64,000 nucleotides of DNA from NCBI GenBank assembly GCA_951406725.2, contig OX597825.1:48484001-48548000 (forward strand), written 5' to 3'. Made by a program: the position numbers and the translations under genes. Below, in pieces: positions 13,253-27,964 of this stretch (the stretch's first letter is position 1; every line of letters begins with the position of its first letter). The DNA is from Octopus vulgaris (Eukaryota). The notes under the pieces are model-generated. The model saw only the letters and a list, made by a program, of their open reading frames with translations. It searched no databases and was not told the origin of the DNA.

Positions 13253-14042
13253 CTAGCTTAAGGTGACCCGCTCTACGCGCGGGTAAGAGTGTGGTTGTTA
13301 CTTTCTGTTGCTTCCTTTCTGTTTTTTATCACCACATTCTCCCTCTTTGTTTCTCTCTCCTTTCTCTCTCACTTTCCCACTCTCTTACTCTTTCTTTCTC
13401 TCGGACTCTCCCTCGCTTTCTCTTACTCTCTATCTTTCTATATCTATCTCTCTTCCGTTTATAAAGAACAAAAGATCTTGAGTAAGTTGAGAAAGGAAAT
13501 ATTTTGAAAGATCACTCATAAATATCAGGCAGTGACAACGGAAAGGTCTGCTTCAAGGCAGACAGAAAAACATTAACATTTAAAAGGGACAGACGAACTT
13601 GTGAGCTGAATAAAAATTATAAAAAATTGGAAACCAAAGTTTGAAGGGATAGAATCTGAGGATAGTAGAGTCACCATGGCTGGCATTTCTTAACGACGGA
13701 CAGCAACGTAGTGGCAGTTTAACGGCTGGCGTAAAATTTTGAACTTGATGTAAAAGAAAATTCCTAAACACCCGCTCCTGTAAATTTTAATCCCCTGCCA
13801 GCCCCGTTTAGACCCTAAATATGCACACCTATGTGAAAAGTGCTGGCGAGTTTGCATGGCAACTATTTTTTTCACATTATGGTTAATATAACTCGATTTC
13901 ATTCGGCTCTACTCAGGCCACATTTTATAAGATGAGGAAATTTGTCACGCCTTTCATTTGAGGAAAAAAATAGTTGCTATGCAAACTCGCCAGCACTTTT
14001 AGCATAAGTGTGCATATTTTCAGCTCAACCGACCACATAATG

Positions 14043-14073
<31 letters not shown>

Positions 14074-14168
14074 GTATATACGCATTAAATATATATATGT
14101 ACATATATAAGCATTATATATATATGTGTGTGTGTGTGTATGTACGCATTATATATACACATGTATAC

Positions 14169-14207
<39 letters not shown>

Positions 14208-14385
14208 TTATATATAAATACAGATATATACACTTTGTATATATACATTATATATACATATTTATATATAGAACACACACACACATATATAAATTAACCC
14301 AATTAATATCTGATTCATAATATTTGTTCTCATGATTGTGTGGTGGTTGTGGCGATGATAATTCTCTCTATGAATGCAGACAGAC

Positions 14386-14442
<57 letters not shown>

Positions 14443-14861
14443 CAGCGTTGGCGAAGGCGGCGGAGGAAAAAAAGTAGACGTTATAGAGAGAAAGTGAAAG
14501 GAAGGGAGGTAGACGCTGTGAAACGACGTTATAGAGAGAAAGTGAAGGTAAGGGAGGTAAACGCCGTGAAACGACGTTATAGAGAGAAGGTGAAAGGAAG
14601 GGAGGAAAGAGAGTGAGTGATGGAGAAAGACGGACACATAAAAGAATGAGAGTAGACTTGTCAAAGTGTGCGTTTTTGGCCCTAGCGACGACATCTTTTA
14701 AGATGGGGATTTCTAACCTAGCCCACTGGCATCCTCGCCTCATTTTACATGTCCCTGTAAATTTTGGAGTCGATCCGACGGGATCTAGTGGCCTTTAACC
14801 CGTTCTAATGCCAAAAACCAGACAAACAAACATTTTGCATTTCAGAATTATAATATAGAGA
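13253..14861 (-). mobile_element. Non-autonomous Helitron copy 2 (1609 bp), head-to-tail with copy 1
   Basis: Collinear with copy 1; a|TC 5' end at 14861 and hairpin+CTAG 3' end at 13253. Confidence 0.85.
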
Positions 14862-15249
14862 TAAAAATATAATTTGTTTTATTATTTTCTAAATAAAAGA
14901 ACTTGTAAATTTGTCCTTTTTTTCATATATTAGAGACAATTTTGCAGATTCTGAACAGGACCTCGTAAGTACACACACGCACGCACGCACACACACACTC
15001 ACCACGCACGCACACACTCACCACGCACGCACGTACTCCTGTAGGCATACACGCACCACGCACGCACCACGCATGCACGTATTCATGCTCGCAAGCACGC
15101 ACGCACGCACGTACACACGCTTTATACAAACATACGAAGCAGCAAGAATTGAAGTAAAAACGCTTCTATTTTCCAACTCCCCAATTACCATAACACTATC
15201 TGGAAGCATCCCCGATCAAACTAATATATCACTTCATTGATTACCTAAT

Positions 15250-17790
15250 TGTGAGGTCTCCAGGAGGGAGGATGTCCAAGTAACGCTTTCTTTCTACATT
15301 GGGGAATGTTGGTCTGACCATAAACTGATACGATCAAAGGTGAATTTTACTATCCGCAGTCCCATTTGTAACAAGCGCACTAGACCAATTCGAAAAATGG
15401 CTATGACAAAGCTGAGGAACAATGACTGTTTAACCTCATTTCAAACAACCTGTGACAACAAACTTGTTGGCATCACAGACAAAACAGATATTGAATCATC
15501 TTGGTTTGCTTTTAAAAATGCTGTATTCGAGTCATCTTGTGAAGCACTCGGGTATGTTAAGAGGAAGCACCAAGATTGTTTCAACTCAAATGATCTAAAC
15601 ATATCTCCTCTTTTTGACAATATGCACGAGTGCCACTCTCAATGGATGTCAAATAAAAATAATGTCACAAAACGCAACGAGTTTAAGAAGGCTAGAAATA
15701 CATGCCAATCACGACTGAGGCAAATGAAACAGATATAGTGGCAAAAGAAGGCACAAGAGTTGTAGAATGCCGCGGACAGATTTGACTCCTGGTTATTCTA
15801 TCAGAATATAAACGGTATTTTTTGACCTCAACTCCCAAACTTTCAAATGAGGGTAATCTTCTCACAGATAAAAAAGAGATCACGAAGCGCTGAGCAGAGT
15901 ATTTTTCAAATGTTATGAATATGGACTTAATTGTTGATAAAGAACTGATCAATAACCTATCACAGAGTCCTATCCTTCACGAACTATCAATCGCTCCATC
16001 AAATGCTGAAATAAAAAAAAGGCCATAAAACAGCTCACGAATGGAAAGTCGTCTGGGAACGATGGCACATCAGCCGAGATATATAAATGTGGTAGCAGTC
16101 TCCTGCTTAATCTGAAAATCAGATAAGTTCCACAAGAATTTAAAGACTCTTCTGTTGTTCGTCTTTATAAGAACAAAGGCAACAAATGTGAATGTGACAA
16201 CCATAGAGGTATCTCCCTTTTGTATGTTGTCGAGAAGATCCTTGGAAGGTTTATCTAAAACAGACTAAATGATGTCCTTGCCAGCTTAGTAGTGCCTGAA
16301 TCTCAGTGTAGATTTCGGGTTGATAGAGAGACAGTAGATATGACTTTTAGCCTAAGACAGCTACAGGAAAAGCTCGTGAGCACAACCGACACCTTTTTCT
16401 CACTTTTGCACTTTTGCAGAGCTAACTAACGCTTTCGACACCGTATCTATGAATGCTCTTTGGGTTGTCCTTAGAAAGCTAGGTATTCCCGTAAAGATGC
16501 TCAATGTCATCATTTCTTACCATCAAGGGATGATGGCTTCTGTCAGATCTAGCGGGGAAATGCAGGATTAATTCACAGTTTCAAATGGGACAAAATTAGG
16601 CTGTATTCTTGCACCGCTTTTATTTGCTTTGTATTTCTCCGTCATGTTGGAAACAGCATTCAAGGGTGTTAAAGAAGGAGTAAAGTTTGAGTACAGGATT
16701 GGCGTTGGCTTGTTCAACCAACAGCGCCTCGAAGTAACAACTAAGACTTTAGTGCAAACCGTTTGAGACTTGCTTTTTTCAGATGATTGTGCACTTGTAG
16801 CACACTCTGTTGAGGACATGCAATGAATTCTAAACAACTTCTCACGTACATCGAACTATCAGCATTAAGAAAACTGATCTTGTCCATCACCCCATTCTTG
16901 ACCATCTTCCCGCTGTTGATCCAACTGTATATGCTGATGGGAAAGTATTAAAAACTGTTTCCTCCTTCACTTATGTTGGTTCCATTATGTCCAATGTTGC
17001 TAAGATGGATAAAAAAATTGAGTCCAGTATCGGGAAGGCTAGCTTCGCTTTCGGTAAACTTTATCACAGGCATTGGAACAGCCACGACGTATCATTGAAG
17101 ATGAAATTGGTCTTGACAATATTACTTTATGGTGCTGAATCTTGAACTCAGTACCGAAAGCATATCAACCAGCTCGACGTTTTTCAAATGCGATGCTTGC
17201 GTACCATCTCCAACAAAAAACCGAATGACTATACTCATAACAGTGAGGTACTAACAAAATGCAATACATCAGGTATTGAAACCATCCTCATCAAAATACA
17301 GCTTAGACGGTCAGGTCATCTTACGCATGAGTGATGTTAGAATTCCGAAGTTGGGGGTGTCACTCATGCACTTCAAAGACAAACTAAAAGACAATCTGAA
17401 GTGATGCAACATTCCCTTTTATTCCTGGGAAAACAAAGCATCAGAATGCAGGACCTGGTGTCAGTCCTACTTCTCCTCAGATCAAAGATTTGAGCAAAGT
17501 TGGCTCCAACATTGGGACCAACTTCGTGCAACTATGAAGGTATACTGGCAAAACGCTGCTTGTCTAAATGGAAACCTTAGCTGTCATTATGCTTGTGTAG
17601 CACGAAGCAAAGCAGGCGTTGCCATCCACTCAAGAAAACACATAGCAAATGATCCACAAGCACTCAAGCAAACTGTGTCCTCAACCTATTCCATTTGCCA
17701 AAACAGGCCCCAGGAGACACATTCGTGTCCATGATTAACACTTTAGTTCTTTCAACCTTCATTTGTTGTTCACGACAAGACAATCCATCA
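15250..17790 (+). pseudogene. Degraded RTE-clade LINE (APE C-term, complete RT, C-terminal C2H2-like end)
   Basis: CWSDHKLIRSK, KHQDCFNSND, CDNHRGISLL, PESQCRFR, GTKLGCILAPLLF, LLFSDDCAL, LLYGAES, HSRKH; frameshifts and stops. Confidence 0.92.
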
Positions 17791-17791
17791 T

Positions 17792-17845
<54 letters not shown>

Positions 17846-17863
17846 ATATATATAGTATGTATA

Positions 17864-17928
<65 letters not shown>

Positions 17929-17968
17929 TGTAATCCCCTACTGTCACGTTAGATTGACAGTATACAAC

Positions 17969-18772
<804 letters not shown>

Positions 18773-18816
18773 TACATACATACATACATATATATATACA
18801 TACATACATACACACA

Positions 18817-18856
<40 letters not shown>

Positions 18857-18883
18857 CACACACATACATATACGTGTATGTAT

Positions 18884-19017
18884 ATCTGTCCCCCACCACC
18901 ACTTGACAACAAGTGTTGGTGCGCTTACGCCCCGGAACTTAGCAGTTCAGCAAAAGAGAACGATAGAATAAGTATCAAGATTTACAAAACAAATAAACAA
19001 ATAACAACAACAACAAC

Positions 19018-19086
<69 letters not shown>

Positions 19087-19180
19087 GTACTGGGGTCGAT
19101 AAATTTGACAAAAAATTTTCAAGGTGTTGCCCCAGCATGGCCGCAGTCTAAGAATTGAAACAAGTAAAAGATAAAAGAAT
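18884..19180 (+). mobile_element. SINE family A, 3' half with expanded (AAT)n
   Basis: ccaccaccacttgacaac...gatagaataagt...ccccagcatggccgcagtc..gaaacaagtaaaag. Confidence 0.8.
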
Positions 19181-19567
19181 AGGCAATATGGTAAATAATA
19201 TGATAGACAGCGAAAGACAATGTTTTAGACAATATGATAGACGTTACAATGTTATAATGAAAACCAAATCAATGGATTTGGCATTTCTTGGTTGATCTCA
19301 AAACAACTGATATTTTAGAAGTTAGATGAGGCCGATGTGAGTTTAGTCATGTCATCCACCATAGGTATCACGTTTAGTCGATATACTTATTAATGTCAAT
19401 GTTGGATTTTGTTTTGTTCACGATAGAAACGTTTGACTATTGATGTTGGTAACAATCTTTATAATGTTGGTGGCCTTCTCTTATATAGCCATCATTATAT
19501 TACACTGGCTACATACACATCAATATATATATATAGATCGAAAGATGATATTCGTTGATAGGGATAA

Positions 19568-19602
<35 letters not shown>

Positions 19603-19753
19603 TACACACACACACACACACATACGGATACACAAACATATGTATGTGTATGTACCTATAAGTGTATGTATCAAAAAATAGCCTTGACTGAGATATAAAC
19701 AGTCAGATGACAGCTGCTTCGCATAAAACTTTGTGTGTGTGTGTTTGTGCGTA

Positions 19754-19785
<32 letters not shown>

Positions 19786-20497
19786 TGTGTGTGTGTGTGT
19801 GTACGTGTGTGTGTGTGTGTGCATGTGTGTGTGTTAATGTGGTGTACTGTTAAAGAGGAAATAAAAGTGGTGGTGGTGGTGGTGACCTCCTCGGACACTA
19901 CGATGTGTGGGAAGTGTAACAGACGAAGTGTCCCGGTAACCACGTGACATCTCTACGTCAGTTAATGTTGTTTTCCAACAACATTGTCATCCGGGTTACT
20001 TCATGACACGTGATGCTATTTTAGTAACAGTGAGAAACAGAGAGCTAGGGAAAGAAGAAAACAAAGAGAGAAAGAATGAAAGAGACAGAGACAAAGAAGG
20101 AGAGAGGGAGAGAGACCTTCACCGAATTATACCAACATTACATTTAATATTGGATTTTACATATCCACCACCTCCACCACCACAACCACACCACCACCAC
20201 CGCATAAATCTACAAACAACGATCACCACTCTCGCCGCCGCCGCCACGACAACGACAACAACGGCGACCACTGCTGCCACCATCGCCGCCGCCACCACTG
20301 TTCTAATTTTTATCTCTAGTCAGTGGTTGTTAAAATGTCAGACTTAACATTGCTATTTAAAAGTTTTTAACTCAGCTCTAGTTCACTGCAAGACTGCTTC
20401 TAAAACATACAGTTTCCGCTATTACTGGTTCAATCCTAGCATGTTTACTTCTTGTTGATATTCCTTTTAATTTGTTTAATTCCCAGATTAATCCTTA

Positions 20498-21199
20498 CTA
20501 GCGGGACCCGTGAATATTTCATGGAATTAATAACCTATTCAGTTATTTCTGAAAACTTTGTGTTGTGTCTATATGGAAAGATAGTCGCTCATCTGTTACT
20601 CATTGTAAAGTGAAAGAAATTGGAATTACTTAATGCACTTTATATATACACTTTATGCACAATTTTATTGACTTAATACACAGCACTCATAAAATAAATA
20701 TTCACTCTTATTCCCCACCCCAAATCCCGTACATATGATACAATCTTTAGTTAAATTGTATGAATCTGCCACGTAAATAAGCGTGAATATTTCAAGGAAT
20801 TGCACTTATGCGCATATGTTAAGTGATAGGTGATACAAAAAGTTTTAGTTCAATTACAAAATATATATACTTTTCCCTAGCCAACCATCACCACCATCGC
20901 CACCACCACCTCTCTCTGTCTCTGTCTGTCTGTCTGTCTCTCTCTCTCTGCCTTTTTTAAAGTCACCATCAGAACATCAGTCTGCTAAAATTATATTTTT
21001 AACTCTCCTTTAACTAACTTTTTAAACCACGTAATAAATATTACATTCCCTCTACCTCACGCCATTGACGCATCTCTTTCCCTCTTTTTCTCCTTCCTCT
21101 TTTTTCTCTCCTTTTCTTTCTACCTCTTTTCTCTAATCACGTGCAAGAGTTACCAACGGGCCAAGTAACGCAATGAGAAGTAGAATTATTATAAGATGA
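20498..21199 (-). mobile_element. Non-autonomous Helitron, second family (~700 bp)
   Basis: Minus strand a|TCatcttataat 5' end; 3' hairpin ccatgaa-ata-ttcacgg then gtcccgCTAG|t. Confidence 0.7.
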
Positions 21200-22099
21200 T
21201 GTTCCAGTCATGACCAGCAAGTCTTTGTTTCAGTCTCGTATATCTAGGATTAAATTATTTTTTGTGTAATTCTTTCTCTTTAAAAGAGTAATGATTTGAG
21301 GGATATTTGACTGTTATTTCTAGCAGGATGGTATATACCTTAAGAAATCTAAAATATTTTACCAACATATTTCTTTCTTAACTATCTGTTTTAAAAATCA
21401 TTCTTCATTCACCTGCCCTCTCTCTAATCTCCTATTTTATTTATTTACTATTTATATTAGTCTAGAAGAAGAAATAGCGACCATGGCATTTCCAAACCCT
21501 TTCAAGATATTGCGCTCTCTGTCTCTCATGTGTTTGCGCGCGCGCGCGCGCGTGTGTGCAGAATTGAAATTGGGGCCAATGGGAATAATATTATGCAAGG
21601 TATGAAGAGCCGTAAGAGGGGATCTTCTGTTGCCACCCACCAACGAGTGAGGGTGTGGGTGAGGCTTGTAGAATTGATTTTACATCAAATACATTAACAT
21701 AAGGGACAGAAAAAGAAAGGAAGGAAGAGGTGGGGAACTGAAACAGAAAATTCACAAAAGCAGCTAAACTTTAGTTGACACAGTACAAGAACGTGGAATA
21801 TTGTCAACTCGAACAGTGACATTTAAAAATGAATTAAACTAAAAACATGTTATCGAGTAATATCCCATACAATCACGACTTCTTTCAAATTTTCGGCTTG
21901 AAACTACTTTTCTAAAGGATACCTGAGTCATCAGAAGGCAGTTTACTCTAGTTTTTGCTTTATTGCCCCTCTCTTCCGATCGCTTCTTATTTATTATAGA
22001 CTAAGGATTTCAGCCGTTGCATCTAGAAGAGTGGACATTTTTGATATTTTACTTGTATCCTCTGACCAGGTACGCAATGTTGTATAACGAAAGGTATTT

Positions 22100-23125
22100 T
22101 AACACTTTTTTCGGTTTTAAGTATTCATTGAAGTTGACACAAAACTGCTGGTAGTAATTTGTATAGAAAGTTGCAATGCTGAAACTATGACGTGAGGACT
22201 GAAAAACTACTCAATTCTTTAAAAGAATCGACTTCCGTTAGGCGGACAACAGTTTCTAAAGTAACTTCTATGCAAATCCGATAAGTTGCATGTTTCTCCT
22301 AATAAAACAAAGTATGTTTATAACACAGGGGTTTTCACATATAAAAGACTTCTATCAGTATAATAAATATTAATAAGAAATCTAAAAACAAAGCTTATAG
22401 GTTCATTCATCTAGAAGCCAAAGGGTTAATTGCAAAGCAGAAGATAAAGTAGAATATCCAGTAGCCTCAGTCCTCCACTTTTTTTTAACGCTTATGAACC
22501 ATGAAGAAAGCTTCGAGAGTAACCCTAACAGTGGACTGATTAACCCAGCTTAGCCAAAGTTATGCAAAGTTAGCAAAATCAATGCTCAAAAGAATAAAAT
22601 GTAATTTCCTCATTAAGATCATGGGGCAACACTTCAGAAGTACTAGAATGGTTTCCTTGAGTAAAAGAGAAGAAAAAATGTTGATTCAACATGATTTGAC
22701 ATAGCTGACTTTTATCCTTCAATAACCTAACTTCGTTGGTGAAAACCCAAGATTTTTCAAAAACAAACACTGTTATTAGTGAGTCGGATATTGATGTGTT
22801 TATGAATTCGAGAAAATCACCCCTTTTTTTTCGATAGCGATACACGGATTAAAAGTAGTAACGAATTGTTCGAGAGAAGCCTATGATGGAGCTCGGTGAG
22901 TGAAATTGTAGGGCTATACTAGATTTATTGAGAAACAGTAACGGTCGTAAGTTAGATACATGTAGAAAAAATTTTAAATGTTTCAAGAAATAAGACTTAG
23001 TATTTATTACTGTAGATACTAACCTTATAGCTATTAATTTTCTTGACGCAACGTAAAAACTATAAAATAATTGTTTTAGACCATACCGTGAACCAAATAA
23101 GAAGTTAATGTAAATTTTATCCACT
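22100..23125 (+). pseudogene. Degraded Penelope-like RT
   Basis: FLTLMNHEESFESNPNSGLINPA, NTSEVLEWF, TFYPS, AYDGA..EIVGLY, INFLDAT, PYREPN. Confidence 0.72.
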
Positions 23126-23970
23126 TTGGAAAAGAGGATATTCTGAAGCTACCATATGCTCTTCCCACAGGCGACTCCCTAGTGTCATCCAACAACATCA
23201 GAGACCTTGGAGTAATTGTTGATAACAATCTAAGCTGGAACTCCCTCGTAAACAGCAAGGCTGACTTGGCCCGCAAGATGTGCTCCTGGATTCTGAGAAC
23301 TTTCTGGTCTAGAAATACTAACACCATCATCTTTCTCTACTCTACTTTTACCCGATCCACCTCGAATACTGTTGCCCACTGTGGTCTCCCCACACGAAGC
23401 AAAGCATTATGAAAGTGTAAGCACTCCAGAGGTCAATAACAAGAAAGACAGACGGCATGACAGGCATTGACTACTGGGGTCGACCAAAAAACTCAATCTC
23501 TACTCTCTCCAACGCCGCCATGAGCGCTACATTATTTGTGTGATATGGAAAATATTCCATCAATATTGCACAAATGATGTTGGCATCAGTTTTAAAATCC
23601 ACCCAAGATTTGGCTCCTGTGCTATCCGCCCACTACAAAATTCGAATTCCAGACACATAACAACATTACGATACAACTACTTTACCGCAACCGGTCTAGT
23701 TCTCTTTAAAATTATACCAAAATATATCAAAACGGAAGCAGATCCCGAAAAATTCAAAAATTCTCTGGAAAATTTTTTTCCAAAAATCCCGGACCAAACT
23801 CCTACAACTGGATGTCTCTAGCAATAACACTTTGCTAGAGTGGGCTTAGATGTCCCATATATGACTGAGGCGTGAATCACGATCTAAAAGACTTCATCAG
23901 GAGGTGTTATTAAGTGAGACATGGCCTGTGCCTATACTGGGCCGAAACCAACCTAAGTTATCTAAGTTAC
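23125..23970 (+). pseudogene. CR1/Jockey-group LINE 3' fragment
   Basis: IRDLGVIVDNNLSW, WILRTFWSR, HLEYCCPLWSP, LYSLQRRHERY; short cctaagtt-type tail. Confidence 0.85.
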
Positions 23971-23974
23971 ATAC

Positions 23975-25540
23975 GCAAAGCTTGACAGGAAGAATCTCGG
24001 AAGAGAAAAAAAAATGCTAGGAAAATGGAAAACTATGAAGAGGACCATGACCTCGAGAATTATAGACTGAAGAAGCTGATACAGGCTTCAGAGGAAAGGA
24101 AGAGTTTAAAAAGATGCAGAAAAGAGATGGCACACAATAAGTCAGAGGTGACAAAGGGGAAATGGGAGAGGTATACAAAACCTTCTAAACCAATCTTTTT
24201 AAATCACCAGTGAAGATCGATCCTCTAATGTCACAAATGTTGGAAGAAGTACCGGCTATTCTGGTCAGTGAAATTGAAAATGCTCTCAAATTGGTGAAAG
24301 CAGGAAAGAATCACATACCAGCAGAGATGTTGAAGTGCGGAGCTAAAGAACTGTGGAAAATTCTCGTTCAACCCTTCACTTATAATCTGAAAGAAGGTAA
24401 AATATCCTCGCTTTGAAAAGAGTCGAATATCATCTTGCTTCATGAGAAGAGTGATGGAATTTTAAAAATCAATTATCACCCCACATGACTCTTGTCCCAC
24501 CTCTATAAGGTGTTTACAAAGGTCATATTTTCAGACTATAAAATATATCTATGACCGTCCATAGAGGGAGCAAGCAAGTTTCCTTAAGATACGACTGACC
24601 ACATATTCACTCTAACACAGCTTATAGAATGAGCGAAAGAATTCAAACTGCCTCAGTGCGTAACTTTCGTTTACAACAAAAAGGCCTTCTATACCGTCAA
24701 GATGAACGCAGTACTGAAATCTTTGGAAATGCAAGGTGATGGGGCATAATACATCAAAGTGCTCACAGATGCGAACTCTTGGTGTAAAATAGATGCATCT
24801 CTGTTTTCGCCACCAGTGAGAGTTCTAATTGAGAAGGACGTTAAACAAGGAGAAGCCATCTCTCTGAAGCTCTTCACCGCATATCTAGAAACATTTATTA
24901 GCATCATTGACTGGACAGGCGGTGTGAACATCACGGGCGAGCTGCAGATATTCACCTCCAGATATTCACAGATGACATTGTACTCATTACTGAAACCATA
25001 GATCAGCTGCAGACCACGCTGACTGAGCTGGATAATCATAGGTCAGGTGTAGACCTTAAAATGAACCACATGAAAACAAAATATATGTGGTCTGAAGATG
25101 TTGCACAAGGCCGAATAGTGATAGGAAGCAGCGAAATTCAGGTGGTAAAGGTGTACAGCTATTTAGGGCAATGTGAATATGCGTCGAAATGTGGATGGTG
25201 AAGTCACGAACAGATTAAGGGCAGAACTGAAGGCGTTTACCTCAACAAAGGACGTGCTGAAAGCAAAGCGGGACAGAACCATAAGTGTCAAACTCTTCAA
25301 AAGCAGAGTCATGCCTGCGTTGTTATTAGAAAGTGAAACATGAGCTATGACGAAGAGAGACGAACATACATTGGCAACGACTTAAGGGGTCATGGAAAGA
25401 TCCATGCTAGGAATATTCTTACGAGAGAATATTCAAAATGAGGCAATTCGGGGCGGAATGAATGATGAGATCTGCTTGTTTGGACATAACGTAAGGTTCA
25501 CAGAAAACATGTGGATCCGTTTATGAGGTAAGTTATCAGA
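23975..25540 (+). pseudogene. Degraded RTE-like LINE RT
   Basis: ILVSEIENALK, IPAEMLKCG, LLSHLYKVFTK, DHIFTLTQLIE, VKQGEAISLKLFT, FTDDIVL, YSYLGQ. Confidence 0.85.
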
Positions 25541-26276
25541 GTGATCGCACTTGTATGAAGTTTAAGATGTTTGGAATATTCTCACGAGAGACAGAAACAA
25601 AAAAAAAATGAGCATATGTGTGTGTTTATACACACACACATATAGTACCCTTACACATACACCGTACCTACATAAATGCTCCAAACAATTTAACCAAAAC
25701 ACAAACAAAAAAATACAAACGTACACACTGATGCTTATACGGCCTTTGTGCACCCGCCTCCACCCCACGTCCCGTAAACGCTACACATAGAATATCCTTG
25801 CATACATTCCAACGCTGCAAGAACAACAACCCTAAAACATATACACACAATTCCCATACACACTTTTCTAGAAAACTCTTGTCGCTATGCATCATCCTCA
25901 GAGGCGGTTTTTGGTGCCAAGGGGTAAAAATCAACTTAACCTTTGCTTGATTCATTTCGTCATCTTTTTCACAGTGACCACAAACTGGATGCAGAGCGCA
26001 GGGTTACATAATCGGGTTGTTATCTAACAGTCCGTTGAATCCTTAGAATGAAACCTAATGATAAGACTGGCCATAATGGATATATAATATTGTACACTTC
26101 GATTAATATGTGTGTGTGTGACATTATATAACTTGAAATTGAGTTCAGTCACTCTATACTGTACATTATATAAAATGATATTACTCTTAAACTTTTTGGT
26201 GTGGTGACCTCGAATAGATTCTGTTTTAAGTACATTGAAATTGTATTTCGAGAAAAAAAATCATAAACGCATATGC

Positions 26277-26337
<61 letters not shown>

Positions 26338-26844
26338 CACACTCACACACACACACTCATACACACATATATATATACATACATATTTCAACCTATTTAT
26401 ACCAGAAATACCTAAATACGTATATCATCAAAATATCTTTGAAATAAGTCCTTCAATTTATGATCATAATCTCTTGCTGCAGGCTTGCCAGAATATCTCG
26501 GAAGATTTTCCGAGAATTTCATACAAAGAACCGTGTTATGCAATTAGGCTGTTTGGAAGTCTTTGAGGAAAAGAAAGGAAAGGAAGCAGGGGGGGATTTA
26601 GAGACAGGGAGTCTAGTTTCTAAGAATGTCAGATACATTCAAGTAGCAGGAAGAGCCAAACAATTGACCATTTTAATTCTGACAATTTCCCCCCAGAGAA
26701 AAATTCAAAATATCTCACAAAAATTATTATATTTTTAAAAATGATAATATCTGCGAAAATATATTCACACTGGATTTTGGGAACAACACAAATAAAACAG
26801 ATCGGCATGCTTTAAAGAAAAAAAACGCCTTTGTTTCCGTTATT

Positions 26845-26904
<60 letters not shown>

Positions 26905-26908
<4 letters not shown>

Positions 26909-27033
26909 ACTACTAAGTCTAAGACTAGAGGACTGTGTCTTTTCAGAATAAAGGGCAAGAGTGATTGCATTATTCAATTAAATGGAGTCGCTTGAAACGG
27001 TCGTACTACATGACTACTTAATATCATGTTGCT

Positions 27034-27115
<82 letters not shown>

Positions 27116-27268
27116 ATATATATATATATATATATAATAAGCAACAGGATATTAAGTAGTCATGTAGTACGACCGTTTCAAGCGACTCCATTTAATTGAA
27201 TAATGCAATCACTCTTGCCCTTTATTCTGAAAAGACACAGTCCTCTAGTCTTAGACTTAGTAGTTGAT
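26905..27268. repeat. Near-perfect inverted repeat, ~133-bp arms around a (TA)n spacer
   Basis: 26905-27037 is the reverse complement of ~27136-27268, with one mismatch seen (catgttg/caacagg). Confidence 0.95.
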
Positions 27269-27465
27269 AAAGAGATAAATGAATTAGAAATGAATCACAG
27301 TCCTTTACAAGCTATAACCCTAATGGACTTCATGCGATTCTTGGAAGTGTAGTATATTCTTAGCTACAATAGCGACAACATGAGTTTCTTCCATCTTCTT
27401 GCTCTGTTAAAGTATTTGAGAAAAATTATATTAATATGTCCAACTAGTAAAAATTCTATTTATTT

Positions 27466-27590
27466 GTGCAGCTGATGATGGCACTGCATTTAAATTGATG
27501 TAATGATTGCATTGTCCAATTAAATGGAGCCGTTCGAAATGGTCGTTCTGCAATACTACTTGATATCCTGTTGTTTATTTTGATTTTATT
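27466..27590 (+). ncRNA. Hammerhead-like motif with extended stem II in a PLE-end-like repeat
   Basis: tgcag-CTGATGA-[tggc..catttaa...ttaaatg..gccg]-ttc-GAAA-tgGTC-gtt-ctgca; 3' half homologous to the arms of the 26905-27268 palindrome. Confidence 0.5.
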
Positions 27591-27699
27591 CACCTTACTT
27601 CGAGCTGTACGGGTAATACCGAACTGACTTAGTGCTTCAACTTAAGTACCTAATTCAAATGAAACTCAATTATGTGTGTGTGTGTGTGTGTGCGTGTGC

Positions 27700-27759
<60 letters not shown>

Positions 27760-27926
27760 CTAAAGGCTCGGACGAGGTAGGTTGATAAGATTTAGCAATT
27801 TCGACAAATGCTTGTCATCTTGTCATTTGATTTACTAAAACATGCATGTTTTATAAGGCTTAAAATACCAGTTACTTTTTCGCTATTATAATAATTACTA
27901 TATTTGATTACATGCATACACGCGCG

Positions 27927-27964
<38 letters not shown>

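Noticed and set aside
20003-20347. ORF with poly-P/H/A/T runs resembling a transcription factor
   Set aside because: Built from trinucleotide and GA repeats; no DNA-binding domain or linked exons found
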